DNA of 63,880 bases, the filler included, from Vicugna vicugna (Eukaryota), in NCBI GenBank assembly GCA_013265495.1. It is 79 parts of 76 records of this genome, joined end to end, with 100 filler letters (N's around TTAATTAATTAA, not from the genome) between each part and the next. Parts side by side here need not be neighbours in the genome. Positions count along the whole stretch, not along the records: positions 61,105 to 62,048 come from PNXW01010478.1; positions 62,149 to 63,063 come from MU059659.1; positions 63,164 to 63,880 come from MU059665.1; 76 more parts are not named here. One strand, 5' to 3'. The translations under genes and the position numbers were made by a program. Of this stretch, positions 61,105 through 63,880 are shown piece by piece; position 1 is the first letter of the stretch; each line of letters opens with the position of its first letter. The notes beneath the pieces are model-generated. The model made no database searches and was not told the origin of the DNA. It saw nothing but the letters and a program-made list of their open reading frames with translations.

Positions 61105-62048
61105 TCTATATTCAGTATTCTGTATTCCATATTCTAAATTCTGTGTTTTCAATTCCATATTCTATATTCTCTATTGTATATTCTATATTCTGTGATCTAA
61201 TTTCTATATTCTAAATTCTATATTCAGTATTCTGTATTCTATATTCAAATTCTGTGTTCTTCACTCCATGTTCTCCATTCTATATTCAGTATTCTGTATT
61301 CCATATTCTAAATTCTGTGTTCTGCATTCTATGTTCTAAATTCTAATATCAGTATACTGTATTATATATTCTAATTACTGTGTTTTGCATTCCATGTTCT
61401 ATATTCTGATCTCTATTCAGTATTCTGTATTCTATATTCTAAGTTGTGTGTTCTGCATTCCATGTTATATATTCTCGGTTTTACATACTATGTTTAAATC
61501 CTATATTATGTATTGTGTGTTCTATATACTAAAGTCTGTGTTCTAAATTGTATATTCTAAATTCTAGGTTAAGTAATCTGTTTGCTATAGTCTAAATTGT
61601 GTGTTCTGTATCCCATGTTCTAATTTCTGGGTTCTATATTCTCTGTTCTACATTCTATATTCTAAAATCTATATTCAGTATTCATTATTATATATTCTAA
61701 ATTGTGTGTTCTACATTCTATATTCTAAATTGTATATTCAGTATTCTGTATTCTATATTCTAAATACTGAGTTCTGATTTCCATGTTCCAAATCTGCCTT
61801 CAATTTTGTCTAAGCTATATTGTTTATTCTGTTTTCTACATTCTATATTCTAAATTATATATTATGTATTATGTGTTTTATATTCTATATTCTGAGTTCT
61901 ACATTCAATTTTTTAATTGTTTATTAAGTATTCTGTATTCTATAATCTAAATTCTGAGTTCTGTTTTCCAAGTTCCAAAATCTGGCTTCAATATTCCCTA
62001 CGCTATATTTTTTATTCTCTGTTCTACATTCAATTTTTTTTAATTGTT
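61105..62048 (-). repeat. Satellite family B (reverse)
   Basis: Heptamer periodicity. Confidence 0.95.
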
Positions 62049-62148
62049 NNNNNNNNNNNNNNNNNNNNNNNNNNNNNNNNNNNNNNNNNNNNTTAATTAA
62101 TTAANNNNNNNNNNNNNNNNNNNNNNNNNNNNNNNNNNNNNNNNNNNN

Positions 62149-63063
62149 GAATATAGTATACGTAATGCAAAATATAGTATGTAGAATCTAGAAAGAAAAA
62201 CAGAAAATTTAGAATATAGAATAGAGAATGTAGAACCTAGAATTTATAACATGGATTGCAGAACACAGAATTTAGAATATAGAATACACAATACTGAATA
62301 TAGAATTTAGAATATAGAAAGAAGAACACAGAATATACAATANNNNNNNNNNNNNNNNNNNNNNNNNNNNNNNNNNNNNNNNNNNNNNNNNNNNNNNNNN
62401 NNNNNNNNNNNNNNNNNNNNNNNNNNNNNNNNNNNNNNNNNNNNNNNNNNNNNNNNNNNNNNNNNNNNNNNNNNNNNNNNNNNNNNNNACAATGTAGAGA
62501 ATATAGAATATAGAAAAGAGAAAATAAAACCCAGAATTTACAACATGGAATGCAAACACAGAATTTAGTATATAGTAAAAATAATACTTAATAAACAATT
62601 AAAAGAATTGAATGTAGAACAGAGAATATAGAAGATAGAATACATAATACTGAGTATATAATTTAGAATATAGAATACAGAATACTGAATATAGATTTTA
62701 GAATATAGAATACAGAATACTGAATATAGATTTTAGAATATAGAATACAGAATACTGAATATAGATTTTAGAATATAGAATACAGAATACTGAATATAGA
62801 TTTTAGAATATAGAATACAGAATACTGAATATAGATTTTAGAATATAGAATACAGAATACTGAATATAGATTTTAGAATATAGAATGTAGAAAACAGAAT
62901 AAAAAATATAGCTTAGAGAATATTGAAGCCTGATTTTGGAACATGGAAATCAGAACTCAGTATTTAGAATATAGAATACAGAATACTGAATATACAATTT
63001 AAAAGATAGAATGTAAACCACAGAATTTAGAATATATAATAAAGAATACTGAATATAGATTTT
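62149..63063 (+). repeat. Satellite family B with perfect 35-bp array at 62665-62886
   Basis: Six identical AGAATATAGAATACAGAATACTGAATATAGATTTT units plus a partial unit. Confidence 0.95.
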
Positions 63064-63438
63064 NNNNNNNNNNNNNNNNNNNNNNNNNNNNNNNNNNNNN
63101 NNNNNNNTTAATTAATTAANNNNNNNNNNNNNNNNNNNNNNNNNNNNNNNNNNNNNNNNNNNNCAACCAGAAAGTAGAATCTGAGATTAGTAAAGTTCAA
63201 GAATCACAGAGCACCGCCCCACAGCGGGCCCGGCAGCACGTGCCAGGTCCTCCGACCGACACCTGTGGGACCACCATGAGCGCTCTCCAGACTCATGGCC
63301 CAAGTCCACAGGCCAGGACGACACAGATTCCCTCACTCTCCCCAGCAAACAGGGACCACCTCTCGGCAAAGGCATCTCACCATCCTCTGCACGAGGGACA
63401 GCACGATAGATACACGGGGAAACAGAGAAGAAGGTGGG

Positions 63439-63615
63439 GGGGTAGGCAGCTCAGAAGAGCTCGTCTGCACTTTCGAGGCAAAGTGGGGCCCTTGACTTAA
63501 TCACAGGGACAAGGTGAGAATGAACATTTATCTGCTCTTTCCCATACTCCGTGATACGCTTTTCCCTGCATAAGGAGTTCATTCGGAAGTCCTTGGCGGT
63601 GTTTCTGATGTCCTA
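63439..63615 (+). repeat. Multi-copy segment G, copy 2
   Basis: agaagagctcgtctgcactt...taatcacagggacaa...tttccctgcataaggag...gtgtttctgatgtccta shared with 31639-31810. Confidence 0.85.
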
Positions 63616-63880
63616 ACATGGCATGCTGGCTGTCGGGCAGGAAGAGAGGGCCTGAGCCGAATAGNNNNNNNNNNNNNNNNNNNNNNNNNNNNNNNNNNNN
63701 NNNNNNNNNNNNNNNNNNNNNNNNNNNNNNNNNNNNNNNNNNNNNNNNNNNNNNNNNTAAGCAAAGGGATGAGCATGTACCAGGACAGGCTGCCCAACAG
63801 AAATGAGAGCCATGTAAAGAAAGTTTCCGAGTTGTCACATTTAAAACAGAAAACAAAGAAACAAACTAACAAACAAAAAC

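Noticed and set aside
505..63119. CRISPR-like or regularly spaced palindromic repeat array (TTAATTAATTAA with unique spacers)
   Set aside because: Always embedded in 44+44 N, spacers are hundreds of bp of mammalian repeats, no cas genes; it is a six-frame-stop linker.

Overview
This is not a contiguous locus. It is an artificial concatenation of about 79 short (roughly 60-1,500 bp), gap-ridden unplaced scaffolds from a mammalian assembly, joined by about 78 identical 100-bp linkers (N44-TTAATTAATTAA-N44, stop codons in all six frames). A tRNA-derived SINE resembling camelid Vic-1, camelid-like L1 ends and a 267-bp satellite point to a camelid, probably South American (inference). About 34 of the fragments are tandem satellite DNA in five families: A, GC-rich 267-bp monomer; B, AGAATAT-type heptamer satellite with 35- and 126-bp higher-order units; C, CATG-rich ~741-bp trimer of ~247-bp monomers; D, a diverged relative of A; E, ~248-bp monomer. 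The rest is L1, ERV1, MIR, MER33 and MaLR debris, two dispersed multi-copy segments and a few genic scraps. The only gene I recognise is a cathelicidin exon 2 with a 5-nt frameshifting deletion. The most interesting signal is a ~188-codon open (PEEPAA)n frame on the minus strand at 32426-32990 that the ORF track missed. I found no evidence of a new multi-gene biological system; adjacency between fragments is meaningless here and nearly all listed ORFs are N-run or satellite artefacts.
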